DNA from: Vermamoeba vermiformis
Taxonomy: Eukaryota
NCBI GenBank assembly: GCA_045837725.1
Contig: JBEWZL010000084.1
Location: forward strand, 434,001 to 498,000
DNA length: 64,000 nt
Direction: 5' to 3'
The position numbers and the translations under genes are program-made. The notes beneath the pieces are model-generated. The model ran no database searches. It was not told the DNA's origin and saw nothing but the letters and a program-made list of their open reading frames with translations. Within the stretch, counting starts at the first letter, position 1. Each line of letters opens with the position of its first letter. Below are positions 26,581 through 40,484 of this stretch, one piece after another.

Positions 26581-26987
26581 CTACTCGTTCTGTTGCTCGT
26601 CATTATTTACATCTTCTTCCACGCTGCTTCTTTCGCGATCTTCTTGATTTTTTCTGTCCTTGAAGAAGTTGAATCGATTTTGCTTATTCGGATTCGATGG
26701 TGGCTTCCAGAAGCTCCGACCCTTTTTGGGGTCTTTGCCTCCAGGGTTGAAGGTATATTTCTATTTAATAAATAATTAATTAAGTGAATTTGATGGATGG
26801 TGAACTCCATTTGAAACCGGTACTGTAGGCGGCAATAAAGTTGCTTATAATTTAATATAATTACCCTTCTCCATGCATAGGTTTGTCGTCTTCGAAGATT
26901 ATTAGACGGTTTGCGTGGACTGGACGGCGAATAACTTAGATTGCCGACGCTTGGGCTGTAACCCCAAAAGTCAGAGCCTTCTTCCAT
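26581..26987 (-). CDS. Small basic hypothetical protein with YSPSSP motif, paralog A (2 exons)
   Basis: MEEGSDFWGYSPSVGNLSYSPSSPRKPSNNLRRRQTYAWRR|KYTFNPGGKDPKKGRSFWKPPSNPNKQNRFNFFKDRKNQED..*. The spliced frame is supported by conservation with the neighbouring paralog. Confidence 0.75.
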
Positions 26988-27253
26988 TGTAAGTCGTGGT
27001 GATAACGGCTTGTTTCTGTGTATTAATATTTGAGACAAGAAAATTTAGAGAACACGTCAAAGGAGTCAATTTACAGAAACGTGGAGTTAATGCCTCCACC
27101 CGCCGCTATCGGAAATATTAATATCACCTTAGTCTCAACGTCGACGAAAAGCATTCTTTATTTGCTCGAGCGTAGTGCTGATTTCGCGCTAGCCAGTTAC
27201 GACGCAGGCTGTGTAACACTGGTCATTATTCTGCTCTGAAACCATGCTGAAGG

Positions 27254-27611
27254 TTACGTTCCATCGCTATCTAATTTTAAATCAAAACGTTGCTTTCTTC
27301 GAGTGAATTGTGTTGTTGATTTTTTCTGTCCTTAAAGAAGTTAAAGCGGTTCTGCTTGTTGGTGTTAGTGGGGGGTTTGAAGTGACTTCTGCCTTTTTTT
27401 GGAGCCTTGCCACCATTCCAGCGATACATGCATTTCTGCAATAAATTATTAATAAATCCTAATTGAATTAGAGAATTGCTATACGTACTTTAGTCCACGC
27501 CCAAGCTTGTTGCCTTCGAAGATTGTAGGAGGGTTTGCGGGGGCTGGTTGGCGAGTATGCCATAGTGCCAACGCTTGGATTGTATCCCCAGTAGTCAGAA
27601 CCTTCTTGCAT
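27254..27611 (-). CDS. Small basic hypothetical protein with YSPTSP motif, paralog B (2 exons)
   Basis: MQEGSDYWGYNPSVGTMAYSPTSPRKPSYNLRRQQAWAWTK|KCMYRWNGGKAPKKGRSHFKPPTNTNKQNRFNFFKDRKNQQ..*. Same intron position as paralog A. Confidence 0.75.
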
Positions 27612-27768
27612 TTTGTAATGTGGTGCTTGTAAACTAATAACTTTAAACAAAAGAGCTGGGGCAAAAAGGAATGACAGGAAGGAACGAAGGAAAATTTGAA
27701 GAACGAATCACAGTTTTAATATGTAACAACAATACAAATGTACAACAGCAAAAAAAGATTTGAACCTT

Positions 27769-30700
27769 TTAGGCCTTGACTGCATCTTGGTGCACTTTAG
27801 CCAAGTTGCTAAGCGGTTCAATACGAATGTCCGAGTTTTGACTGATCTTGACGATACCGTCGTGTCGATCGATACCAATGAGCGTACCCATGTGGCCCTT
27901 CCAGTCACCCTGCAAGATCATCACGTGGTCCTTCTTCTCAGGTGCGACACGGTGCAACATGTTGCCAGACAAGAACACAACTTCGCCGCCGAATGCGACC
28001 ATGCAGCTGTTGTCTGCAGCGGAGACAACTTCGCGAATAAGACCCTTCTGGCCCTTGAACTTGCCGCCTTGGAAGCTGTCATCGGCAGTGACTTCGAGAC
28101 CCTGTGACGGCCAAGCACTACGACCATCATCGCTGGGCTCAGAGTAATCATGACCCAGACTGGCACCAGGAGTAGCAGGAATGCCAGGAGTAGCGGGGAT
28201 AGCCGGAGTGTGAGGTGTGTGCGGTGTTTGAGGGAAGGCAAGACCTGCACCCGGTGTGGCGGGAATGCCAGGAGTTTGAGGCACGAGATTGGGTGTGGGC
28301 ACGTTGGGTGTGAACGGTGTGTTGATCGATTGAGAGTAACCTCCGCGCGATGAGAAACCAGGAGTCTGAGGCACAGCTGGTGTTTGAGGCACACCAGGGG
28401 TAGTGGGCACAGCAGTACCGATCTACAACAGAGTTAGTTCTAACTGTCAGGTCACTGGTATTAAAATAACTTACGCTGGTGTCATAGGGATGCAAGTCAT
28501 CATCCTTGTCGCTGTCATCGATTCTGGCGGGAGTTTGAGGGAACTGCGTGCTCCAAGCATCGTGCAAAGGAGTCTGAGGAGCCCAGCTGGGAGTGGCCAT
28601 GCGCATTGGTGTACGCGAACCACTTTCTGTGCGCATGGGAGTGCGAGGATAGACGTTGTCCCATTGAGGAGTGGCAGGGGGCTGTCCCTCTTCGCGCATA
28701 ATGAGTTCTCCCTTTGCATTGACTTCGCACAAACTGGCTTTGGGAACTGTGATAGTCTTGGACTTTGTGTGCAATTCAATACGAGCATTGATGTCAGTAG
28801 TGTCCTTGACAATGCCTTGATAGCCCTTCCAGTTGCCCTTGGTAATGCACACCTTCTTGCCGAGCCATTCGTCGCGACCTCGTCCGCGGCCACGACCAAC
28901 AGGAGCTGGAGGAGTGAAGCCACGACCACCTTGGAATGCAGCCATTGGTGATCCAGCAGCTACGCTTGATGAGCTCTTACTGCTAGCGACGAGACAATTC
29001 TTTGTGCGCACGACGAAGATACCTCCGTTCTCGAGGTGATCTTTGCTCTGTAAGAAGGCAAAGTAACGGAACAAGTGCAAGACAGTGCCTTGTTTGCCTT
29101 TGAAATCACCTTCAACGACCTTGACGACGTCGTTGACATTGATTTGAGCGTTGTATCTGTCGAAGCTGACTTGATTGCGCGAGTTCTTCTTGGCACCCAT
29201 TTCAGCGAGCTTGACTGACTTGACAACACCGCTCGTGTCCAACACTTTGAAGCCATCGGGCTCGACTCTAGTAATGCAGCCGACACTTTGCGGACCGAGT
29301 TGAACGAGATCGTGCAAGTCGTAATTGCCCAAGCGAGATTGACCGATTGACACTTCGCTGCACTCTTGAATGTCAGAGACGAAGACTTTCATTTCCTTGC
29401 TTTCACTGTCACTCAAGACTGTCGCTGTGTCGTCTTCTACTTTGACAATCATACCAGTCTCGCCTTCAAATTTGCCCGTCAAAATCTTCACATGGTCACC
29501 AGCACTGAAAAATTTCTGCAAGTCACCGGCATCGACAACCAATCGTTCGTTTTTGAGCTCTTCGTGTTGCGGCAAGATAGTCACTTCTTTGTCTTTGACA
29601 GCCTCGACCACACCCAACAAATTCTTCAAGTCTCCCTTCATGACACGCACGCGATCACCTTTCTGGAATGTGATTCGCTTGCGTTGACGTGCTGAAGGTA
29701 ATTTGAATGCTGGTTCACTGCGCTCAGCTGGTCGTTCATCTTCGTCGTCACTGTCACGTGCTTCAATAGGCTTGGTTTGGAACTTGGTCAATTCTTCGAG
29801 TGTCGGTGACACGTTGTCCGTGGCAATTGTGGCAACATTGAACACTTTGTGCAAATAACCGTCTTTGAACTTCTTGCCGTCAAAGTACGAGTACATTTCA
29901 CCATTGGCATCGCGTCGTCGTTGAACCGTTTCGAGACCGTCCATGGCTGCCACAACTTCTTCGGGGTTGAAGAACTTGGCGGGAGGTCTGAAGCCTCTCT
30001 TTCTCTTGCCCGCGCGCTTGTCGTTATCTTCGCCCTCAGCGGCGCCTGACAGCTTCTTCTTAATGTCTTCGAGGTCCAAACGAGGCAACAGTCGCAACGT
30101 GACTTGACTGCGACCAAAGTCGTGGTCCCACACTTGTGCCACGTCTCCTTTGTACGGGCCTCGCTTGACGCGCACCCATGAACCGCGCTTGAGAATTTCA
30201 GATTTTTTCGCGGACTTCAACACATCGGGCATGTCTCCCATTGGCACCAACTTCATGTTCCACGGGATAATGTGCACCATGCCTTTAATTGCCTAGTATT
30301 ATTAACAACACCGTTAGTATCTAAAAATAGCTCGTGGAATAGTTCGCAACTAATCGCGTTAAATTATTGCAAAGTTTTGCTTACCTCTTTGACAAAGGTG
30401 TCACGATCTGCTTCAATGTACAAATAGCCCTTCAAATGATCAGGAGCAATCACTGAGTATATCTGCAATCTCTCTGCGGTGTTTTGAAGATTCAACATCT
30501 TTTGCATCAAACAAGTCACTGTAAATCGTTCAAATCCAGGTTTGCAACGAACAGCCCACATCTTGGGATCCTTAAAAGTAGGCAATAGAGCTTGTTGGAA
30601 GCCCTCAGCGCCTGTTTCTGTTTCTTCACCATCATTGGCGTAGTTTCTGAAATTACATTAGCAATTGAAAGCAACCACAAAAGAGATTCAGATCGTAAAT

Positions 30701-31238
30701 TACCTGTAACGATCCTCCATTTCCTTAGCAATTTCTTCCGCGCTCTGATCGCTTCTAAATAATCTTCTATATTGCTCGCGAGCCGAATTTTCTTGTCTGG
30801 GAGGCAACTCATCTGCACCAAGATCTTCACCTCCGTACTCAAATTCCTCTGTGCCAAATCGTAATTATTAATACTGACACGTACGTATTTATTAAATAAA
30901 AATTTATCATCGAGTTTTGAGTGCTTTATGAATTATATTGCCACAAAAACAAGTTATTTAAAAAACGTTAATAATAAAATTGTGGAAAATAGAGAAAAAA
31001 TCATAACGCATAAATACTAGGCAAACTCACCTTCACCACCAATATCCTCATCTTCTTCATCGTCGTCTTCTTCGGCTTCGACATCCAAGAAGTCTCTAGC
31101 AGACAATCCTCTTTTCTTTTTCTTTTTAGTGCTCTTCTTTCGCCTCTTTTTAGGTCTCTCCTCTTCCTCTGATTCGTCGCTAAAACTTTCTTCGTCTTCA
31201 ACGAATCCGTCGTCTTCTAGTTCATCGAGTTTGGACAT
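27769..31238 (-). CDS. SPT5: Transcription elongation factor Spt5
   Basis: Acidic N-terminus (FLDVEAEED), NGN domain (DPKMWAVRCKPG..LKGYLYIEA), multiple KOW motifs, PxTP C-terminal repeats and a terminal KOW. Confidence 0.97.
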
Positions 31239-31805
31239 CTTGGTTGGAGATTAGGCAAAGGTGATTTGTTATCTTCCTGGCCTCTTGTGGTCTTCTTCTT
31301 CTTCGCCAACCTAACAATGAATCTACCAGTGTGCAGAACGGGCTCTCTTTTTGCCCGCGTTTTTGAAATCTCACGACTTTTTTTGCGCGAGCCATAACTG
31401 CCCGAATAAACTGCCCAGCCAATAATTACTGAGTAATTTTAACACGTAACACTATTGGCAATGTTGGAGATAGTAATGCCGTATTTACGTACGGATTCAA
31501 CAAACATCCTAAATTACTTTCGATTAGATAATTTATTTCAATCAATTTATTAATCCAAACGTATATTTATCGTAAGTATTTAAAACGATATATTAGAAAA
31601 TACATCGTTGATCAGCGTCCAAATTTAATTCGACCGTATCTGCGTCATAATTATCATTTATTTTCAAAAATTCTGTTAATCGCGCTGTTAAAGAAATAAA
31701 TTAGACATTGACTTAAACTGCCTTTAGATTAAGTCTTGATTCAGTTTACCTATTTAAAAAGGACGTCCCTTGTTTACAATTTTAGTCGATCGCTTACGAG
31801 CTGCA

Positions 31806-32383
31806 ACAATAAGCTATTCCTGCTATTGACTATCGCTGCTTTCGTTTCCGTTCAAGTACAACACGAGTGTGACTCTAGCGCTGGCTTACTGACCGAAGAT
31901 GTGGCGGGTGGCACCACCTTCATCAACTTCGCTTTGGTGCTAACAATTTGAGCACGTGCTCAGATTCACTCCTGCCGTCAGTGCCGTCTTGGTTAAGATG
32001 AACGACTCGCCCGACGACTTGGCCAGCACTGGTGAGCCTACGATGACTGTATTGGACGGCAACAACAATCCGATCGCGTGTTACAACATTGAAGCGCTCG
32101 CTCCGATCCGCACGCCTAACGGCACCAACGAGTACGCGTGGCGTGGTGTGACGAGTGCCAACAAGATCTCGCAGCTCACATTCACTGGTGCGCTGTTGAC
32201 CTATTGGGACGTCACTTTTTCACCGCGCCTGTCTCGGCACCCACCGTCAATGTCAACGGCGACGGGCCTGTCGCTGGACCTGGTACTTCGAGCTCTGCCG
32301 CTAGTGTTTGTGTTAGATTGCTCACTATTGTCGGATCCATTGTTGCTTATTTGCTGAGTAATACGCGCAATAAAGTTTGTTGA
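31806..32383 (+). pseudogene. Degenerate GPI-anchored surface protein gene
   Basis: Signal-peptide-like KLFLLLTIAAFVSVQ without an ATG, a stop/frameshift near 31950, a domain LRFTPAVSAV..APIRTPNGTNEYAWRGV..WDVTF, a frameshift in the T-run 32216-32220, then an APV/GPV stalk and hydrophobic tail. Confidence 0.6.
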
Positions 32384-32575
32384 AATTTCACACCGAGCAA
32401 GACTTTTGGGGACTAATAATGTCTCGTATTTTAAACAGCTCTGTATTTTTATCAACAACAAGTCCTGGACCCTAACAAACGACTCTAAACTATTTAAACC
32501 GACTCAGCTCGTCGTGAGAGAATTGACTCAATCCACGACTGTTAATAGAATATCTCGAGCTGCGAGCCATCCACA

Positions 32576-35500
32576 ATGTCGGAATATAAAGATATTTATT
32601 TTTTAATCAGTGAGCAATTAGGTAAATCGAGAATAAGATTGCTTGAGGGACTGTGGTCCCTTCAAATTTATTTTTATTCAATAATTAATCTTATTATTTT
32701 TCACAGATGAATTTGATATTTTTGAGGTCTATGATCGTATTGAAAATGATATTGCCAAGTTAACTGAAAATTACAACGTGGAACATGCTGACGCCTTGGT
32801 GGATCTCGTCTGCAAGGTTATCCCCAATATATTTAGCAAGCAGGTGAATGCGTAAGTACATTGTTGAATTAAAGTACAAATTTTCAAACGCAGGATGAAA
32901 TTGCTCAAAAAAATGAGAAAATAAAGACTGGATGTGAAAATTGCTTTATCAAATCAACTGAAACGGTGGAACCTTTAAATTTAAATTATTCCTGACAAAT
33001 TAATTCTAATGGTAATTTTATCAGAATGAGGGCAGATCGAGCATTATTCCTGCGCACAAACTTGTTCTTGCGCAGTGTCATCAGCTTTTCATTACTTGAA
33101 AAACAACCAATAGATAGATTATTTGACCCTCTTAGCGTAGTATTTCAGCTTGAGCATGATTTTTACGCTATGAAAGGCATGGAAGTCAACGTAAGATCCT
33201 ATTCAAACTGCGTAATTGCCACATTGCATTAATGATTAAATTAGACAATTGATGCGGAGTATAAATCATCATTAGAGGACGTTCCACCGAATTTCGTTCG
33301 TTTCAAGGTATTAAATCAATCACTCCTATTGTAGACGTAATTAATACTGTGGATCAAATAGGACTCCGGTGACAAGAGAAAGATGTCCGTCAAGGCCTTC
33401 AACCACTTGAATTTTTTCTCCAATGAAGGCGGTGTTGACAAGCTCATCAATCACGTGGCCCTGCACAAGGCCTCAGTTGATTATTGCAAGCGATTGGTGC
33501 GCTTCTTTTATTTGGTACGCAGTGCTGTGGTGTTATTAAGGACCTAGTATTAATAATCAATCGTTAGTTGCACGACTACATTTCCAAAGATGGCAAGAGC
33601 AGGTACATTGTGCGCATGGCCCAAGCAGTGTTCAGTTGCTTCTTGGCCTTTGGCGACAATGACCTCAAACACGTGCGCAAACAAGATGTCGAAGAAATGG
33701 TCAGCAATATCGAGGTCTTGACGCGCGAAGTCGTGCACGAGAAGGGTGATGAAATGTGCGAACGATTCTGCTTGGAGTTCTCGCTCAAATGCTTCGTGTG
33801 TCCAATTTTAGAAAAGAGGTAAGCAGCTGAGTGATTGCCTTATTTGGAAATGATGATATTAATTCCTAATATAGAACCAACGGCCTCGTGTACATAGAAG
33901 AGGCAGTAGAACTGGCCAAGAACAAAATGACGTTTGAAGACGAATTCATGGCCAAACACATGATGATCAAGGCCTCGCGCTGGCTCACTGTATCGTAAGT
34001 GCTGTCAGTTGTAGCGCTCTGATCGAAGACTAATTGAGGGGTGTTATAGATATTTGGTCAAGAGACTCAAAGACGCACAATTAATTCCAGATCTGTTTGG
34101 TCCTCAAGCGCATCCACAATTGATCGGCAAGGCTAAAGCTATTGTTGGCTTATTCGCCTCGCAAGATGCACTTGACGCCATTGAAGTAGACTTGATGTAC
34201 AATGCGACCAAAGACCCGCACTTGGCCGTGCCGACCTTCGAGCTGTTGATGGCTGTCACGCCACAACTGCGCGGTCCTACAGTGAAATATCTCTGGAGCA
34301 AAGTCGTGCAGACACCGCTCATTGAATTCACCGCGCAGCACTTGCAGCTCGTTGTGAGATTGGCGCGTAATGGCGCTTCATCTGTCGACAACGCACTCGA
34401 CTTGTTGTGGCGCATTGTCATCAGCAGCGACGTGAAGCAAGAGATGCGCACTCAGGCCATGGACGAGTTCATCACTATTCTCAAGGGCGCGAAGAACAAG
34501 CGCACGCAGTATTTGCAAACATTCTTCCGACAAATCATTGAGGGCCAGCAGGTCGTTGCGTGTTTGTATCTCGCACGCAAGATATTGGAGGACTTCCCCA
34601 CGGAGAATGATTTGAAGGACTATCCATTGATGGACATGCGAGGTAGTTAATACGGCTAGTTGACTAGTCTTGTTGAGTTACTAACGGTCGATTAAAGTAG
34701 TGATGGACGGACAGACGAGAACGACGCGCGAGGATGTGTTGGAAGGACTCGAATTAGATCTCAAGCTGTTGAGTGCGATGGTGACCGAGCTCCACATTTA
34801 CAATGACAGCGTGTCAGCCGCACTCGATGAGAGTTGGTCCGGCAAGGGCACGCTTGATGTGCAAGAGCATCAGAACCAGATCAAGCGACGCATGGACATG
34901 ATTGCCAAGTTGATCGAGTGGATGCCGCGACATGTGTTGAATGTCTCGCTCGACCACACCTTCATCGACCTCGTTTGGAAGATCTTCTACATTGATGTGG
35001 CACAGAAGCCTTATGCGAGCATTTACAACGACATTGTATTTGATTGGATCCGACGCCTGACTAGTGCGACTATCGGCAAGCGCACTGGCGGAGTGTTGCC
35101 ACCACACGTTGTGCTCGACATCTTCCACCGCTGCATGTGCTCGCTGGACATGGCGCACTTGTCCACCACTGCTTTTGACTGCTTTAAGGTCGTGTTCTTG
35201 TGCGTCAATTGGTTCAAGGGCTGGACCCGCACTGGCACTACTTACCTCGATGTCGAAGTGACTGATTTCAACGAGTTGCTTGGCTTGGACAACTTGTGGG
35301 AGATTGTGTTTGCTGCTGGAGATCACGACAAGAGCGCTGACTCTATTGCCATGCAAAGTGCAGCGTTGTTGATTGACTTGCACCTCAAGGTACGGTGATG
35401 ACAGTATTCAGTGTGAATATGAGCATTTAGCTAACGTCTCGTAGTTGACTCGCGAGGCCAGTGCCAAGGTGAATGTAATCACTCGCGCATTTATTGACCG

Positions 35501-38500
35501 TGCAATGGCCCGCTTGAATGTATTGCGCGGTAAATTGGCTGAAGGAGACAAATCAAAGGTCTCAGGCATCGATCGTTGTGTTTCATTGTTATTGGTGAGT
35601 CAAAGCGTTCTAGTGCAAGTACGAAAGCTAATTTTTTGTGCAGAACTTCTTGACGCAATTCAAACACAACGAGGGCCGTCTGCGACAATTTATTACACCG
35701 CCTGCCCAAGCCTCACCTGCCAAGCCCGCTGCTGGCTCGCAACAATCACGTCTTGCGGAGATTCAGCCACGCACTGCCGAGCACAGACAACTCGTGCAAC
35801 AATTAGCGGAGATCTGCTGTGTCTCTGAGACCGTTGCTATCTTGGCTTTGAGACGTTGCAATTACAATCTCGACAACGGACTGATGATTCTGATGGACGA
35901 CGCTGAGAAGATTAGACTCTTCTCTGACGCGGAGAAGCTTGAAGGACCTAAAACTGCCCCGCAACCACAACAAGCAGCCCCTCAAGTGGTTGAGTCCGCT
36001 TTGTCTCAGCCTAGCGAGGTACTTGCCAACGCGGACGAGTACTTCAATGCGCTGTTTGAGCTGCTTCAAGTGCGTGAAATCAATTTGACCAAGCTGTGGA
36101 CACTGCTCACCACCATTCCCAACAACGACCGCAAAGTCAAGGCGTTGAAAGAGCTAGTGGCACCGGTGCCCTGGGAGAACCTGATTAATGCCCGCACATC
36201 ACCTTACGCACTGTTGTACAACCTGCAAATCATCGACAACGTGTTGATGGCAGCGAATGACAACGACACGCCGGAAGTTGTCGAAGAGAAGTCCAATTGG
36301 TGCAAATTGTTCTTCATGCAAGGTGGATTTGCGTGGTTGTATCACACCTTGAAAGAAATGCTCCTGAACGAAGAATATTTCACGACTTCTGCGGGCCAGA
36401 GCTGTTTAGTGCACACATTGGGCATCTTGCACTACTTCATGCAGGTCAATGTTAAGGAGATGGCGCAGGCAGGAAACGGCATCAACTTGCCCACGACCCC
36501 TCGAAGCAAGAACAGACGTGCCCTGGCGCTGAGCTTCAACACGAAGAAGGAGCTGAGCGATCAAATTGACTTGGCTGACTTCCTATTTGTGATGCTGTCC
36601 CTCACTTCAAAGATTGCTACTTCGAGGTACGTTCATCTCTTTAATTTTTCTTCAACATTATTGACACACTGTGCAGTGACAAAGTTAAGAGTGACACGTT
36701 GACACCCGTCATCGAGCACACCTTGTTCATGATCAACAGCGTGCTTGCGTCTCGTCCAGACTTGCTGCAGAATTTTTACAGTTTCAAGAACGACAAGTTC
36801 AGTACTGTCACGGAGTTTGTGCGCTATTTGTTGTTGGACTGTCCTGCAAAGACCATCAGAGTCAGTGCTGCGCAGACATTCTATCAACTGGCCTCAAAGC
36901 TCGACACCGCCGTGAAAGACAGTCCGTTGCACTTCTTCCTGGCCTTGCTCTTGGCGAACATTCCTTCAGGAAATCACCCGACTTGCAGCGAATTCTTCTC
37001 TTTGCTCGGAAATCTGTTGGCCGATGCCGCTAAGAGCCACGACACCTCCGTGCTGAAGAACCTCAATTTCGAGGAGCTGATTGGCAAAGTCACCAATGAG
37101 ATTCTGTCGCGCCCCGCTGAAGAGAGCGACAGACACCCTGATCACGTGGTGATTGGTTATTTGAGCTTGTTGACGGCTCTGTTGAAAGAGCGTCCTGAAT
37201 TCAAAGAAAAGATTGGTCCTAAGCACTCCCCCGTGCAGCTGATTTACCACTTGTTCACCAAGTGTCTCTTCTTCGATCCCAATCGCGTCAGCTCCGACAA
37301 GAGTCAATTAGTCATCAAGTTCAAGTCGTCTGAGAGCCGTTCAGCAGCGTACGCACTGCTCCTCGAACTCGCCAGTGGTTGTCTCATCAACACATTTGAA
37401 CTGTGCTCGCTTGTCTTGGCTCATCAGGGCGACACTAAGAGCTACGCACCACCACAAGAAGTGCCGCGCAAGTCGTACACGGGCTATGTGGGCCTCAAGA
37501 ACTTGGGCGCCACGTGCTACATGAACAGCGTGATGCAACAGTTCTTCATGATGCCCGAGCTCCGACGTGGTTTCTATGAAGCCTCTGATGAGGTCAAGGC
37601 CCTGCCACAAGAAGACAAGACACTGGTGCGCGAGATTGGTCGCATGTTTGGTTGGTTGCAAGAGAGTGACCGTCAGTACTATGATCCGTCGAGCTTCACC
37701 AAATCCTTCAAAGTCCACGGCGAAGAAGTCAATCCCATGGCCCAACAAGACGCGGAAGAATTCTTCAACTTGCTGTGTGATCAATTGGAATACGCGCTGA
37801 AAGACACCAAGCACGCCAAGTTGTTGCACGACACTTTTGCGGGCTCATTGCATCAAACACTCGAGTGCAAAGTTGATCCATCGCACAGATCTTCACGCGC
37901 CGAACAAGACTTCTTTACGTTGTCTTTGGAGATTCAGAACAAGAACAACTTGGAAGAGGCACTGGACTCGTTCTTCCAAGGTGAGGCCATTCAGGACTAC
38001 ATGTGCGAGAAGTGCAACAAGAAAGTTGAAATCACAAAGCGATTCTCCTTGGAACGACCCGCGAACACAATGATCATTCACTTGAAGCGCTTCAAGTTCG
38101 ATTTATTCACCATGTTGAAAGAGAAGTTGTACCATTACTTCCAGTTCCCAATGCGTCTCAACATGAAGAAGTACACGCGTGCAGTCATCGATGGAGGTCA
38201 GGACCCGAGCACTGTGTCTGACGAGCCCTACGAGTACCAGTTGAGTGGTGTAGTCGTGCACTCAGGCAGTGCTGAAATGGGTCACTACTACTCGTTCATC
38301 AAAGAGCGAGTGGACGGTACTGAACAGTGGTACAGATTTGACGACACAAATGTTTCACAGTTCGATCCAAACAATTTAGCTGTCGAATGTTTTGGTGGCG
38401 GTCAAGGTCTTATGGATGTACGTATATTTATCACTTCTATATTAATCTCTAACGTGCGCACAGCTTGATTCCAATGGCGTGTCAGACAAAAATGTCTACA

Positions 38501-40484
38501 TGTTGTTCTACGAGCGAGTGAATCGTCCCAATGTAAATAACAAAGAAATGGACGTGGTCAAGACCCTCTTGAAGAACACGTTGCCGCAAGACATGAAACA
38601 AATGATTGAAGTCGACAATTTGTCGGTGTGGGGCGAGAGATTGCGCGCAGACACGGGCTACTCCAAGTTCTTGGTGCAATTCTTCAAGCAGTTGATGCAG
38701 TCACAATCGGGCATATTCGCCAAGACTCACAGTACGTAGACTTAAATTCAGCCATTTGGTATTTACCGCGTTACTAACATCGTACAGTCATCAACAACTA
38801 CGACGAAGACGACTCTAGCTTCAAATTGATTCAATTCATCACGCATTTGGTCTTTGATGGCGTGTTCAAGTCGCACGACCGACAGCTCGTCAATGATTGG
38901 ATGCCTGTTCTCGAGGGCCTCTACATCAATCACGTGCCCGTAAGTGACCTTAATTACCGCGCTCTCGAAGCTAACACTTTATTTAGGCTTGTAAATGGCT
39001 CATGCACAAATTGACCGCGGATCTGGTGCACTTCCATTCGTGGTTCGAAGCGTTCCTCTTCAACGCAGATCAATTTGTGCGCGATGGCTTCGTGTCGTTA
39101 GTGATCCAGGTGCTGAAGACTCTTCACCCTGCTGAGGCCGCGTTGTTCCCGACAAGCTACGTGACAGAGGAAATCAATGTTGTGGAGGGTTACGGAGGCT
39201 ATTCGAACGAGCCTACAGCCATATTTGAAGAGGCTTACCAAGAGCGAGTATCGAACAGCAAAGAGGCCAAGGACAAGAAAGATCAGCAGCCCAGCGGTGT
39301 GTTGTCCTTGAAGGAGCTCTTCAATGTTCCGACTATCAAGTCCTGCATCGATAGCGTGCTGGCTATGGTAAGGCGTGGGTCTCAAGGTATTAGTAGTACT
39401 GACCTTTGCATCGCAGATGGAGTCGTCACGTAGTCACTGGCGCCGATTCCACCAGTACTGGCAGTTAGTGAAAGAAGTTATTCTGCTGGGTCACGAAGAG
39501 CGACGTTATTTGTTCTCGAAGGAACTCATTTCGTGCTTCGTCGAGTACTACATGGGCCCTTACTCACCCTTCTGGGATAACGTAAGTAATATGATTGTCT
39601 GTCAAACAATAGTTACTAACACAACACAGCGCGGCAAAAACAGAGTACCTTTGGGTGAAGCTGGTGTGAGCTCAGACTTGACAAATTTCATGCACGGTTT
39701 TGCTGCAGCTATTCGTGCAAGCACGCCACTAGCATTTCTCAATAACCCAGGGCTGCCCTTGCCTCCCACGCGCTACCCGAAATGTCCTTTGTTGCCTTGG
39801 TCCGCGTTAGATCGTGCCTTCTTGTTCCGCCGAGATTTCATTGCTAGCTTGTTGAAACAAGGCTACTGTGTCGACACCAATGCCACTATTGTGTCGCATT
39901 TGTCCTGGGAGGACATGCACCAGTCAAGCTGGTTCATCTCTGTGCTGTTCGAAGCCTTCTACGCGAGCAACACAACACAAATACCGAATGACCTGTACGC
40001 CTTGCAGTCCATGTTGATGGTATGCAGACACTACGCGTCAATGAGCCCGTTCTTACCTTTGTTGTTTTAGATCGAAGATTCAATTCGGTTGTGGCGCACA
40101 GCACTCTTGTTGAATGCTAAGGATGGTCTGCTCAACTACATGTGCACGAGTGGCCGCAAGTCATCAGGTCTCGGTGAGTTCGACATTTTGCTCGCATTCT
40201 TCCTCGAGCTGCTGCACAGCAACAAGAGAGCTGCAGGATACTTGTTCCACAGCAAGAGTGACTGGTTTCACTCGCTGCGCAAAGTGCTCACTGATCGCAT
40301 CAAGTCAGCGGACTCTGCGCGCACAGCCCTGACCTTAGAACAAGTTGAAACATATCGCATGGCGGTTGACGCCATTGATAAGTTTGTGACGGATGTACCT
40401 GTCGACTTGGAATGGGATTTGCACTTTGATCTGAACGACTTCGATATCAACTCCGTCCCCAACTATTCGCGAACTGAGGTCTAA
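32576..40484 (+). CDS. Large ubiquitin-specific protease (USP9/24/34-like, peptidase C19) with a UBA-like insert
   Basis: Cys box GLKNLGATCYMNS, QQDAEEF, His box GVVVHSGSAEMGHYYSF, WYRFDD and YMLFYER. UBA-like LVQQLAEICCVSETVAILALRRCNYNLD. Many introns, and the start is approximate. Confidence 0.93.

Noticed and set aside
26607-27038. 143-aa single-exon ORF from the track
   Set aside because: It reads through an AT-rich intron. Paralog conservation supports a different frame for exon 2.
28148-28470. C-terminal extension of the 710-aa SPT5 ORF (..RYCCAHYPW..)
   Set aside because: This is read-through of an intron at about 28425-28475. The true frame continues into the PxTPG repeats.
33550-40462. 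Numerous antisense and alternative-frame ORFs over the USP gene (likewise over SPT5, the kinases and the MFS genes)
   Set aside because: They are shadows of biased codon usage on the coding strand and have no recognisable motifs.
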